Shown in pieces: positions 32,195 through 57,934 of a stretch of DNA of 64,000 nt (position 1 is the first letter of the stretch; each line of letters opens with the position of its first letter). Location of the stretch: assembly GCF_009914755.1 (NCBI RefSeq), contig NC_060948.1. The stretch is one strand, 5' to 3'. Under the pieces are notes generated by a model, which did no database searches, had not been told where the DNA came from, and worked only from the letters and a program-made list of their open reading frames with translations. The position numbers and the translations under genes are program-made. The DNA is from the human T2T-CHM13v2.0 reference genome, Homo sapiens.

Positions 32195-33610
32195 GCATGA
32201 AAACACGCTCAACATCACGAATGATCAGGGAAATGCAAATCAAAAGCAGAATGTGACATCACCTCACTCCTGCAAGAATGGCCACAATCAAAACATCAAG
32301 AAATAGCAAATGCTAGTGTGGATGTGGCGAACAGGGAACACGTCTGCACTGCTGGTGGGAACGTAAACTAGTACAGCCACTATAGAAGACAGTGTGGAGA
32401 GTCCTTAAAGAGCTAAATGTAGAACTACCATTTGATCCAGCAATCCCACTGCTGGGTATCTAGGTAGAGGAAAGTAACTCATTATATGAAAAAGATACTT
32501 AGAGGAAAGTAACTCATTATACGAAAAAGATACTTACACAGGCATGTTTATAGCAGCACAATTTGCAATTGCAAAAATGTGGAACCAACCCAAATGCCCA
32601 TCAATCAACAGGTGGATAAAGAAACTGTGGTGTATTTATATATATAAATGCCGGCACTGACACACACACAAACACACACACATATATGTCATATATATGT
32701 GTGCCATATATATACACACACATGTATATATACACATATATGTATATGATGTGTATATATACACATATATGTATATGATGTGTGTATATGCACATATATG
32801 TATATATGTATATGATGTGTATATATACACATATATGTATATATGTATATGTGTGTATATACACATATATGTATAGATGTATATGATGTGTATATATATA
32901 TACATATACTTATGATGGAATACTACTCAGTCATGAAAAAGAATAGCATTTGGAGTGGCCTGGATGAGATTGGAGACTATTATTCTAAGTGAAGTAACTC
33001 AGGAATGGAAACCCAAACATCGTATGTTCTCACTCATAAGTGAGAGCTAAGCTATGAGGATGCAAAGGCATAAGAATGCCACAACGGCCGGATGCGGTGG
33101 CTCACACCTGTCATCCCAGCACTTTGGGAGGTCGAGGTGGGCAGATCACAAGGTCACGAGTTTGAGACCAGCCTGGCCAATATGGTGAAACCCCGTCTCT
33201 ACTAAAAATACAAAAATTAACCGGGTGTGGTGGCACATGCGTGTAATCCCAGTTACTCAGGAGGAGGCTGAGGCAGGAGAATCGCTTGAATCCGGGAGGA
33301 GGAGGTTGCAGTGAGCCGAGATCGCGCCACTGCTCTCCAGCCTGGGCAACAGAGTGAAACTCCGTCTCAAAAAAAAAAAAAAAAAAAACGAAAGAAAGAA
33401 AAAAGAAAAAAAAAGGAATGACACAAAGGACTTTGGGAACTCCAGGGCAAAGATTGGGGAGAGGATGAGGGATAAAAGGCCACAAACTGGGTTCAGTGTA
33501 TACTGCTTGGGTGACGGATACCCTGAAATCTCACACATCACCACTAAAGAACTTCCTCGTGTAACCAAATGGCACCTGTTTCCCCAAAACCTATGGAAGT
33601 AAAAAGTGTA
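32195..33610 (+). mobile_element. L1PB1-like 3' end with an internal (TA/CA)n expansion (32630-32910), a ~35-bp tandem duplication (~32465-32535) and an Alu (33086-33412)
   Basis: ACTCCTGCAAGAATGGCC...GAAGTAACTCAGGAATGGAAA...GCTAAGCTATGAGGATGCAAAGGCATAAGAATG...CACCACTAAAGAACTT. Confidence 0.85.
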
Positions 33611-33697
33611 AAACAAACCAACAAAAACACACATCAGCTTCTGAAAAAATCTTCTGAGGAGTGTGCTTTCTTGAGGCAAATAAAAGAGATTGCCAAA

Positions 33698-34615
33698 AAT
33701 AATATATATATATTCATATATTACATATTTACATATTTATTATTTAAACATATATTTATGTATTTTTTATTATTTATATATTATATATTTATATATTTAT
33801 TATTTAAATATATTGTATATTTATATATTATTTATTCTTTATATCTTATATACTTATATATTTATTATTTAAATGTATTGTATATTTATATTTTATTTAT
33901 TATTTATATATTATATACTTATATATTTATAATTTAAATATATTATATATTTATATATTATTATTTACATATTTATTATTTACATATTTATTATTTAAAT
34001 ATATTTTATATTTATATATTATTTATATATTATATACTTATATATTCATTATTTAAATATATTATTCATATATTATTTATTATTTATATATTATATACTT
34101 ATATATTTATTATTTAAATATACTATATATTCACATATTATTTATTATTTATATATTATATACTTATATTTATTTAAATATATTATGTATTTATATATTA
34201 TTTATTATTTATATATTATATACTTATATATGTATTATTTAAATATATTATATATTCATATATTATTTATTATTTACATATTACATAGTTATATATTTAT
34301 AACTTAAATATATTATATATTTATATATTATTTATATATTACATATTTACATATATTATATACTTATCTATTTATTATTTACATATATATTTGTATATTA
34401 TTTATATATAATATATTTACATATATATTTATATATAATATATTTACATATATTATATATTTATATATATTTACATATATATTTATATACAATATATTTA
34501 CATATGTTATATATTTATATATATTTACATATATATTTATATACTTACTATTTATATATTATATATTATTTATATATAATTATTTATATAATTATATATG
34601 TAATACATATATATA
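33698..34615. repeat. Nearly pure AT low-complexity tandem tract, ~920 bp
   Basis: TATATT/TTATTTA units with rare C and almost no G. Confidence 0.97.
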
Positions 34616-35515
34616 TACACACACACAGATAGGTGTATCTGTTGCTTTATCCTAAGTGAACACAGATACTGCATCACTAGGGAGCGACATTGTGAACCGC
34701 AGAACACTCCCTGCAGTCCCCTGAGCTCAGTCTGGTCCTTGGGGGTGATCCTGGGGGCACCCATCACGCCCACGCCCTTTCCGTACCTTAACAGGTGTAG
34801 GCAGGGTGTTGTGTGTCTCCCAGGGGCCGTGCAGAATCTCCTAACCCGAGAGAGGAAGAGCAGGGTTCCAGGTGGACACTGGGATCCCTGGACCCTGCCC
34901 CGCCCACCCCACTGCCTCTAGGGACAGAAGAGGGGCTGGGGGAGGGAGGTTGGGGACCATGCCCAGACACAGCCAATGAGGAGGTCCTGATGGAGAGGCA
35001 GGGCTGAAGGAGAGGGCGCAGGAGAGAGACTCAGACGAGAGGGGGCCATCTGCCCGGGGAAAGGGCCTCTCCAAGCGCAGGGCTGTACGTATGCACCACT
35101 GGCAACAGCTACCCTGCTGTTGTTAATCCTAAGCCATCGCTTCTTCCCTGGAACTTTAAGGGACAAACTCAGAACTGCAGTGTGGGTAGGGTTGGAGGGA
35201 GGGAGCGTCTCTGTGGTTCTCCAAGGGGACCTCACCTCTCCCACCCACCCCAAGGTTGGTCAGTCTGAATGGTGCAGCCAGGCGGGGACCTGGCAGAAGG
35301 CATCTGAAAAGCATGTGCTTTTACAAACACAGGGTTGCCCACCGTCCCGTACGTCCCATGCACGCCTCTCTCAGCCTCTGACCTAATTGTCCTCTTGTGG
35401 GGTGGGGGAGGCCAATATTTGGGAAAAGGGGCAGCATCCTGGTGCACGTAGGACGCTGGCACCTGTCTGGCAGTGCCTAAATGAAAGTACTGCTTTTCCA
35501 ATGTGGGATAATTCC

Positions 35516-35810
35516 TTTTTTTTTTTTTTTTTTTTTTTGAGACAGAGTCTCACTCTGTCACCCAGGCTGGAGTGCAGTGGCGCGATCTTGGCTCACCGCA
35601 ACCTCCGCCTCCTGGGTTCAAGTGATTCTGCTGCCTTAGCGTGCCGAGTAACTGGGATGACAGGTGCCCGCCGCCACACTCGGCTAATTTTGGTATTTTT
35701 AGTAGAGACGGGGTTTCACTATGTTGGCCAGGCTGGTCTCAAACCCCTGACCTCAAGTGATCCACCCACCTCGGCCTCCCAAAGTGCTGGGATTACAGGC
35801 GTCTGTCACC
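35516..35810 (-). mobile_element. Alu
   Basis: Alu consensus with poly-T at 35516-35538. Confidence 0.92.
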
Positions 35811-36026
35811 GCCGTAAACACAAAATATGCTACTATCTGGCGCTGCTTGCCAAAGTCAAGTGGGCTATGCAAGGAGGAACGGAACGGGAAGGAGAGATTG
35901 AACGGCGCAGTCAGGTGCACCTGCTTCCCCACGGGCTTCAGCTCCTCAGCGGTTTTCACTTAGGGCTCTCGCGCTTCAGACTTCTCATCCACGTTACGTA
36001 AAGATAACAACATGGGAAGAAACAAC

Positions 36027-36048
36027 CACACACACACACACACACACA

Positions 36049-36082
<34 letters not shown>
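36027..36082. repeat. (CA)n microsatellite
   Basis: About 27 CA units with one GA interruption. Confidence 0.97.
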
Positions 36083-36085
<3 letters not shown>

Positions 36086-36587
36086 CCTTTTCTTTTTGGG
36101 AACAGAGCCACGTGACCATGGTTCCCCTTTATAGAAATGGGACCTAAAGCGCCACAGCAGGCCTTGTTGTGTGTGGCCTGAAATTCCCAGAGCAGCTCCC
36201 TCTGCCTTTTCTCAGCTTTTTAGGGGACAGATCTGACAAGACCCAAGGAATTGGGGTTTCTAAGCGGACCTGTACAAATGAGGTCTGAGGTGGCCGTGAG
36301 ACCCGGGTCTGGGGTCTCCCTGGCACCGAGGGGGTGACGAGGGGCCACCGTGCTCATCCAGGCACCCATAGGGCTTTAAAACCCGTTTAATTTATGCTTA
36401 CTCTTCCATTATTGGAACGCTAAGCATTTGGGAGTTATTTATATCCCACGGCTCAAGGTCATCGCCAAGGTCTCATTGCAAACATTGAAAAAACTGCAAT
36501 CTCAGGCGTAAATGGGTTACGTGCAGCAGCCGCAGCTGCTTACCCTCTCTAAGGTTAACCTCAAGAGAGGCGCATTTCATGGAATGA

Positions 36588-36983
<396 letters not shown>

Positions 36984-37251
36984 TGAAAGTTCATGGAATG
37001 AGTTATTAAAGGAAGGGTGGCTTGCAGCCCTGGAAAATTTGAGCATTTCTCCCCTAAGTGACGAAGCGGCTGTGCAAAGTCTTCCTCCCAGGAAATTTGC
37101 ACTCCTGGTCTGCTCTAGCGTGAGGAGAACACGCCTCATGGAGTTTGCACCGTCTTCCCCCATGTTCTCACCGTACACGGACCCTCCCAGCGACCCTGTC
37201 TTCTCCCTTGACAGTGCAGGACAAGCATAAAAGTCCAGCTCGGCGGCTCAC

Positions 37252-37480
37252 CTGTGCAGAAGCAGCGGCAGAAGTAGCAGGTGAGAGCTCAGAGGGTCTC
37301 CAGGTAACAGGATGCAACGCTTAAGTCGACGGCCGTGCCTCAGAGCCCGGGACTCGGGGGGCCAGCCACCAGCTTGCAAGCCGTGGTCACTCAAAGTGCT
37401 TGAGAAGGTGTTCGTGGGCGGCAGACGGCTGCCCTTCCAGTTCCATCTGTCCAGCAACCTTGCAAAGGCGGCCGCTTCGC
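37252..37480 (-). other. P2RY8: P2RY8 exon 1 (non-coding 5' UTR exon); the exon joined to CRLF2 in the P2RY8::CRLF2 fusion
   Basis: The minus strand reads GCGGCCGCCTTTGCAAGGTTGCTGGACAGATGGAACTGGAAGG...CACGAACACCTTCTCAAGCA...CTGCCGCTGCTTCTGCACAG, followed by the canonical donor GTGAG (37251-37247). I recognise this as the P2RY8 5' UTR and fusion-junction sequence. The local sequence is CpG-rich, and the PAR1-like repeat landscape is consistent. The 5' end (TSS) is approximate and may extend to ~37520. Confidence 0.9.
37387..37446 (-). other. Upstream ORF (19 aa, MELEGQPSAAHEHLLKHFE) in P2RY8 exon 1
   Basis: ATG at 37446-37444 (context CAGATGG) and in-frame TGA at 37389-37387, read directly from the sequence. 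Translation is not demonstrated. Confidence 0.55.
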
Positions 37481-37720
37481 TGGGTGGCCCACCGGCTGGC
37501 ACGACTGTCTCCGAATGCAAATTCTGCAAACTCCACCTCCCAGCGCACCACCACGGTTGCGACTCAGGCTTAGGTGGAAAGGAAGTGTGTTGTGACATTT
37601 CCTCTGTAACTGTCTGAACACTCATGTGCAGGGCTGAGCCCACTGGAGTAACGTCGCTGTGTCTCTGGGCAGCACCGTTAACCGCCCACCTCCCTATCAC
37701 TGGCTCGCAGGGGGCCCTAC
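37481..37720 (-). promoter_or_regulatory. P2RY8: P2RY8 proximal promoter with octamer and ETS/PU.1 motifs
   Basis: Lies directly 5' of exon 1. Contains a perfect octamer ATGCAAAT (37515-37522), AAAGGAAGTG (37578-37587) and a GC-box-like CCGCCC (~37682). It is repeat-free with no obvious TATA box. Confidence 0.65.
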
Positions 37721-38142
37721 TCTTAAGAGAACCCTGAGAGTGAGGAAAAGAGGGAGAATGATTTTTCTAAATTTTGTAACCAGCAGTGAAGAGCCGTGGC
37801 ATGCTCCAGAACCGATTCCTGTTTCTTCTGAAATAACAAAACAAAAGAAAGAAAGAACAGAACACGTTTCCTTTTAGACTCTAAAGCTGTGCTCATTGCG
37901 ACATCTCTTGGTACACAGCCAGACTGTGACAAGCGAACAGACCTTGGGCACTGATCATTCCGGCTCTCACAGTTGGTCACGGGCGCTGCAGGCTCATATC
38001 CTCAACATCCCATGGGGGATCGGCCAGTTTCAGGAATGAGAACCAGGTTTCCGAGCTCTGGTATCCTTGCTTGTGAGGAGCAACGGTTGGTTCTTGTCAC
38101 TCGTGGGAGGAGGTTGAGAGGGAAGGATCTGTCACTGAGAAA

Positions 38143-39500
<1,358 letters not shown>

Positions 39501-39509
39501 GGAAATCGT

Positions 39510-41206
<1,697 letters not shown>

Positions 41207-41240
41207 TCATCAGTTTGTGAAGTGTTTGTCTTCAGGATTA

Positions 41241-41812
41241 CAGTGGTCCCTCCTTCTTCATGGTAGACGTGGTCCATAAAGTCGGAGCAAACGCTGAGTT
41301 AACAAATACAAACCGTCCTGCAAAAAGTCCACACTTAGACGCCTGTAGCTTTTGTACCTCTGGTCCCCAAATTTTTCACAGCTGATCCATACATAACCTT
41401 ATTTTACGTGTGTTTCTGTTTAAAAAGCCGTATGGAGTCGATATTGTGGACGCAGTCACATTGAACTCACAGCCAACGGCATTATAATTCATGCCTGGGC
41501 AAAGCGTCTCTAACACACCTATTTTCTCCAGAAGACGCGCTGCAGTCTTCATGGGCTTACGGATGCTAGGCAGCTTTGCAGCTTCTGGGGCTTTTGAAAC
41601 AGAAATCGCCAACAAAATGCACAAAAATGTAAAAATACCTGGCACTCAGTATACCCCCAAAAGGATGAGCTGATCCCGGAAGGCCCCCATTTTTCACCAC
41701 TGTGTATCTGTTTTTGAACGTTTGCAAAATCGTCATGAGTCTTGGTTTTGGGGTTCCAAATAAATGTTAGTGTGTGGAGGAATTCACAGATATAGAAGTC
41801 GAGAATAATTTG
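41241..41812 (-). mobile_element. MER82 (TcMar-Tigger non-autonomous DNA transposon), near full length
   Basis: TA|CAGT terminus. The minus strand reads TGTGAATTC...ATTTATTTGGAACCCCAAAA...CAGGCATGAATTATAATGCCGTTGGCTGTGAGTTCAATG. The remnant peptide GMNYNAVGCEFNVTASTI resembles a Tigger/CENP-B-type HTH. Confidence 0.75.
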
Positions 41813-41824
41813 CATTTCTTTCTT

Positions 41825-45551
<3,727 letters not shown>

Positions 45552-45914
45552 TCATGTTGGTTTTCACTATCTCATAACGTAGGCTCCAAAAATGGTTTAG
45601 AGTATGGAGCCAAGGGTGTTTGTTTTTTGTTTGGTCAAGAGTACGTGCAAGCCAAGAGAACACTTAGCAAAAGATGTAAACTCTCTCGTAATAGATTGAT
45701 GTGTTTTTTCTTTTATCAGAGTAAATGCTAAATATCAGTTAACCCAATAGCAAGTTAAAAGAAAAAAGTATGTGAGTCAGGTGAAAAATTCTGATGGTTA
45801 ATGTCCTAAAGACAAGTTTGTTATTTATAAATGTGCATAATATAATTTTGCAACATAAAATTTTAAAAAATAAAATTGTTTACCCCCCTGAAAAAAGATA
45901 TATCGTTATATGAA

Positions 45915-47030
45915 TTGGTGTTCTCCAGGGAAAAGAATCAATAGAATATCTTTTTATATATACATAAGAGATAAATTTTTATCTGGGTGTGCAATGTTTA
46001 TATATGTAAATATATGTGTTTTATTACATATATCTTTTGGTAGATAAGGACATATGCATATATATTTCTTTTATAGAATTTATAAATATTTATATAGTCT
46101 ATACATATTACTTATTTATAAATACACACATATATATATTTTAACAACTATACAATATATGCGACTTCTTGGAAGAAACTGACTCATAGCATTATAGAGA
46201 TTAAGCTGTCCCACAATCTGCTGTGTGAAAAGCTGGAGACCTGAAAGAGCCAAGGGTGTGAGTTCCCGTCTGAGTCTGAATTTCTACCTAGGAGAGTGGA
46301 GGGTATGACTTCCCATCTGAGTCTGAAGACCTGAGACCCAGGAGAGCCAAGAGTGTGAGTTCCAGTCTGAGTCTGAAGGCCTGAGACCCAGGAGAGCTGA
46401 GGGTGTGAGTTCTAGTGTGAGTGAATTTCTGAGACCCAGGAGAGCTGAGGTGGTGAGTTCCTGTCTGAGTCTGAAGGCCTGAGACCCAGGAGAGCAGAGG
46501 GTGTGAATTCTGGTGTGAGTCTGAAGGCCTGAGACCCAGAATAACTGAGGGTGTGAGTTCCTGTCTGAGTTTGAAGGCCTGAGACCCAGGATAACTGAGG
46601 GTGTGAGCTCCTGTCTGAATCTGAAGGCCTGAGACCCAGGAGAGCTGAGGGTGTGAGTTCTAGTGTGAGTCTGAATTTCTGAGACCCAGGAGAGCTGAGG
46701 TGGTGAGTTCTAGTGTGAGTCTGAATTTCTGAGACCCAGGAGAGCTGACGGTGTGAGTTCTAGTGTGAGCCTGAAGGCCTGAGACCCAGGAGAGCTGAGG
46801 GTGTGAGTTCTAGTGTGAGTCTGAATTTCTGAGACCCAGGAGAGCTGAGGTGGTGAGTTCCTGTCTGAGTTTGAAAGCCTGAGACCCAGGAGAGCTGACG
46901 GTGTGAGTTCTAGTGTGAGCCTGAAGGCCTGAGACCCAGGAGAGCTGAGGGTGTGAGTTCCAGTCTGAAGGCCTAGGGAGACCAATGTCACAGCTGAAAG
47001 CCCATCAGGCAGAAGGAATTCCCTCTTAGT
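45915..47030 (-). mobile_element. MLT2B-like (ERVL) LTR containing a 50-bp VNTR
   Basis: GTTCTCCAGGGAAAAGAATCAATAG (TA-rich) ...GTCCCACAATCTGCTG...AAGCTGGAGACC...AATGTCACAGCT...GAATTCCCTCTT. Confidence 0.7.
46236..46975. repeat. 50-bp minisatellite (CTGAGACCCAGGAGAGCTGAGGGTGTGAGTTCTAGTGTGAGTCTGAAGGC)n, ~14-15 copies
   Basis: Unit starts at 46331, 46381, 46429, 46479 and so on to 46929. Confidence 0.95.
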
Positions 47031-47988
47031 TTCTGGGGAGACGGCTGTGCATAGCTGTCCACCTGCTTGACCTCTCTATGGGGCAGCTGCAGACCCTCAG
47101 GCTGGGTGCTACAGACCGATGTGGTTCAGTCATGTTCATTTCCGCATCTCGTGGGGCCATGCGTTGTATCTTGTGAGTCCGCGTTGCAGGTTGCAGGGAA
47201 AAATATGTTCATCTCTCTGACATGGTGTTTGAAGGTGTCTGAGCCGATCTGAGCTGATCCGAGGATGCCAGCTGAACCCCAGTGGGTTTAGTGACCGCCG
47301 TAAGGTTGTTTGGGGCTGTTTCTCTGAAGGAAACCAGGAACAGGATGTGTTCATGTCCCGGGAGAGCTGAGGGCCTGATGTTGAGAGAGGAACGGAAAAC
47401 CGACAGGGCCTGGAGGAAGAGAGGGACAGAAATAGCAGCCCGGGCCAGGCCCCCACGTCTGCCCTGGGAAACGAGGCTGCCTGCTTCCAGGGGATCCTGT
47501 AAAGCCTGTTGTTGACCCGTAAGTTCCTGGCTGTTAGGAGCTGCCCTCCCAATGTGCACACCCAAGGGACAGAGAGACAAGGCGGCCAGGGGCTGCGGTG
47601 GGGGCCAAGCCATCGTGCCAGCTTCTCTGCTGGGTACGCAAGGTTTCAGGGCTGAGTATACCCTGAATTTTTGGGGGGTGTGTTCACCCAGGCCTGGGTG
47701 GCCTAGACAGCCCCAGGAATAGAATCCCAGACCCAAAATCAAAGCATATCCATGCAGGCCAAGTGTGGAGATGTTAGTCTATTTGCAGCAATTGGTTTAG
47801 GGATGGGGAGTGTGTTTAATGCTGCTTCTCATACCCCTTTTTCAAAATAATTGTAGGTTCACCCCCTGAATGTGGGAAACGAAGCTCATTTGCAAGTAAG
47901 GTCTTTGTAGATGTGAGAAAGGTTAGGAACTGGAGGGCTGTAGGCTCAGTTGTTCCTGCAACACGTCCTAAGCAAAATCCTGGGCATA

Positions 47989-50421
<2,433 letters not shown>

Positions 50422-50534
50422 CTAATGGCATGATTTCCTTCCTCATGGCAAATCCCACTGCAATGTCCCACAGAACCCCACCCTGGCATTCCGTATCTCC
50501 TTCCTGGGATGGGGTTCTCTGTTCTGTGCCTGCA

Positions 50535-51645
<1,111 letters not shown>

Positions 51646-51832
51646 CTCTGCTAATGCCTGGCTGATATAAGTGACTTATGTGCTTTCTTCTACCCCCAAA
51701 CACAGCCTTCAGGCCGGTGGAGGCCAAAATAATTCTCCACTCTTCCCTATGCACCTAGCACAGTGTCTGGTACACCAGAGACACCCCATCACTCATTACT
51801 GCATGGGAATAAAGCAGGAAATAGAGCATGTC

Positions 51833-52840
51833 GGCTGGGTGCAGTGGCTTACACCTGTCATCCCAGCACTTTTGGAGGCTAAGGCGGGTGGATCACCTGA
51901 GGTCAGGAGTTCGAGACTATCCCTGCCAACATGGTGAAATCCCGTATCTACTAAAAATACAAAAAATAGCTGGGTGTGGTGGCAGATGCCTGTAATCCCA
52001 GCTATTTGGGAGGCTGAGGCAGGAGAATTACTTGAGCCTATGAGGGGGAAGTTGTAGAGAGCTGAGATTGAGATTGCACCACTGCACTTCAGCTTGGGTG
52101 ACAGAGTGAGACTCTGTCTCAAAAAAAAAAGAAAAAAAAAAAGACAAGAAAGGAGGAAGGAAAGAAAGAGAGAAAGAAAGAAAGAAAAAGAGAAAGAAAG
52201 AAAGAGAAAAGAATACAAGAAGCAAGAAAGGAAGGAAAGAGAGAGAAAGAAAGAAAGAAAAGAAGGAAGGCAGGAAGGAAGGAAAGAAGGGGAGAGAGAA
52301 TGAAAAAGAAAAGAAAGAAAGAAAGAAAAAAGAAAGAAAGAAAAGGAAGGCAGGAAGGAAGGGGAGAGAGAATGAAAAAGAAAAGAAAGAAAGAGAAAAG
52401 AATACAAGAAGGAAGGAGGGAGAGAGAAAGAAAGAGAAAGCAAGAGGAAAAGAAAAGAAGGAAGGAAGGAAGGGGAGAGAGAGAATGAAAAAGAAAGGAA
52501 AGAAAAAGAAAAAAGAAGGAAGGCAGGAAGGAAGGAAGGGAGAGAGAATGAAAAAGAAAAGAAAGAAAGAGAGAAAGGAAAAAGAAAGAAAAGAAAGAAG
52601 GCAGGAAGGAAGGAAGGGGAGAGAGAATGAAAAAAGAAAAGAAAGAAAGAGAGAAAGAAAGAAACAGAAAAGAATACGAGAAGGAAGGAAGGAGAGAGAA
52701 AGAAAGAGGAAAAGAAAAGAAGGAAGGAAGAGGAGAGAGAGAATGAAAAAGGAAAGAAAGAAAGAAAAAGAAAGAAAGAAAGGAAAGAAAGAGAAAGAAA
52801 GAAGGAAAGGAAGGAAGGAAAGAAGGAAGGAAGGAAGGGC
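51833..52840 (+). repeat. Alu (51833-52120) with its tail expanded into a ~720-bp (GAAA/GGAA)n purine tract
   Basis: Directly visible; the internal higher-order unit GGGGAGAGAGAATGAAAAAG repeats about 5 times. Confidence 0.95.
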
Positions 52841-53398
52841 CCTGACTGCGTAGAAGTCACCCCCCGGGGACGATTCCTCAGACTGACGGGCTGAACATTA
52901 ACCTGGTACATCTTGGAAACGGCGCACACATCACACCTTTTCACGGTAAAGTGAGTGCAGACGGGTGAAGACGTTTTGTATGCGAGAAAGTATGGAACAC
53001 GAGAAATCATTTCTTCCATCAGGTTTCCCCTACAGTTTGTGGGAGAAATGAAGACATTCTATAAATGGAAAACCAAAAAATCATTTATTCCATGAGTACC
53101 TTCCTACAGTTTGTGGGAGAAAGGGTGACATAGGAGAAAAGTGATTTGGGACAGAAAAGAGTCTCTGATTTTCCCAACTCACACAAGTCCAGGGACTTCC
53201 TTTCACATCCAGTCTCAGGAACAGAGAATTTGGTTCTTCACTATTCACATGGTGTAGGCTGATCTGGTTGCCACAGACAACTTCAGCATGACCGGGTGGC
53301 CAGAGAGCCACCAGCACAGCCTTGCTCATCTGAAATCCTAAGACTCATCCACTTGGGGTCTTTCCAGTGGAGAGAGGGTCTGCTTCCTATCTGCTCCT

Positions 53399-55011
<1,613 letters not shown>

Positions 55012-55739
55012 ACTCTCCTGAAATATGAAGGTTCCAGCCCCAGCAAATGAGGGAAAGGAAAGAGTCATCCACGTCCAGGGAGGGTCAGGGTTGAAGCTGA
55101 TGCTACCAGGGCCCTCTTGAGTTGGCGTTTAGGGCCAGATGCCGTGCGTAGAGAATGTGTACGGGGGAATGGAGACGGCCACCGTTTCTCATCTGTGCCG
55201 TAAAGTCCCAGGCACTCGGGCCGTCCTGGGACCCAGTGCCTGGCAAACATACTTCAGGATGGCTTTCACGGGAACCCTGTGAAACTCTGCCGGGGCTGTG
55301 TAGCCACCGCCTTTCACTTCTCATGAGGCTTTCCTGAGTAACCCAGTTGTCTCTCTGGCTGTTGGCAGCCCTGGGGAGGTCTGTTGTTGACTGCAAAGGT
55401 GGTACGGGAAGAGGAAGTACCACACCCTCCAACTTTCTGCATCGCGAACCCTATCTGACCCTCCTCATCTAGGGGTGCTGTTTTTCTGCAGAAGTTGGCA
55501 CTACAGTCTTGAAGAAAACAAAACAAAACAAAACACCAAAGTACTGGCTACAGGAAGCCCAGGCTACCAATTTCATTTCCTTATAATCTCAGTTCTGGGG
55601 TCTTGATTTGAACATGATGCTCCAGTGTCAGGAAGGGGTCAAAAAAGGGAAGCATGTCTGTGACCTTCAACTCAGGAGGAAAACACTTTATGGTTGTTTC
55701 TTCTTTTTAAATTAAATCTATCGAGAGGCAGAACCACTG

Positions 55740-57920
<2,181 letters not shown>

Positions 57921-57934
57921 GCTTGCACATTTGT

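Noticed and set aside
32233-32240. Perfect octamer ATGCAAAT
   Set aside because: It is part of the L1 consensus (GAAATGCAAATCAAAA), so it is not informative.
31621-32256. 211-aa ORF (also the 206-aa ORF at 8066-8686)
   Set aside because: They run through MER20/L1 sequence and GC-rich non-coding DNA; there is no recognisable domain or exon structure.
36027-36082. (CA)n as a cryptic RSS for the fusion deletion
   Set aside because: CAC reads on the plus strand, which is the wrong orientation for deleting the lower-coordinate side while retaining exon 1.
37248-37700. 150-aa minus-strand ORF across P2RY8 exon 1
   Set aside because: It begins at a non-ATG codon upstream of the likely TSS and ends at the splice donor; it has no GPCR or other domain features.
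41376-41645. ORF with a Tigger-like HTH remnant
   Set aside because: It is a decayed fragment within the non-autonomous MER82, with no catalytic domain.
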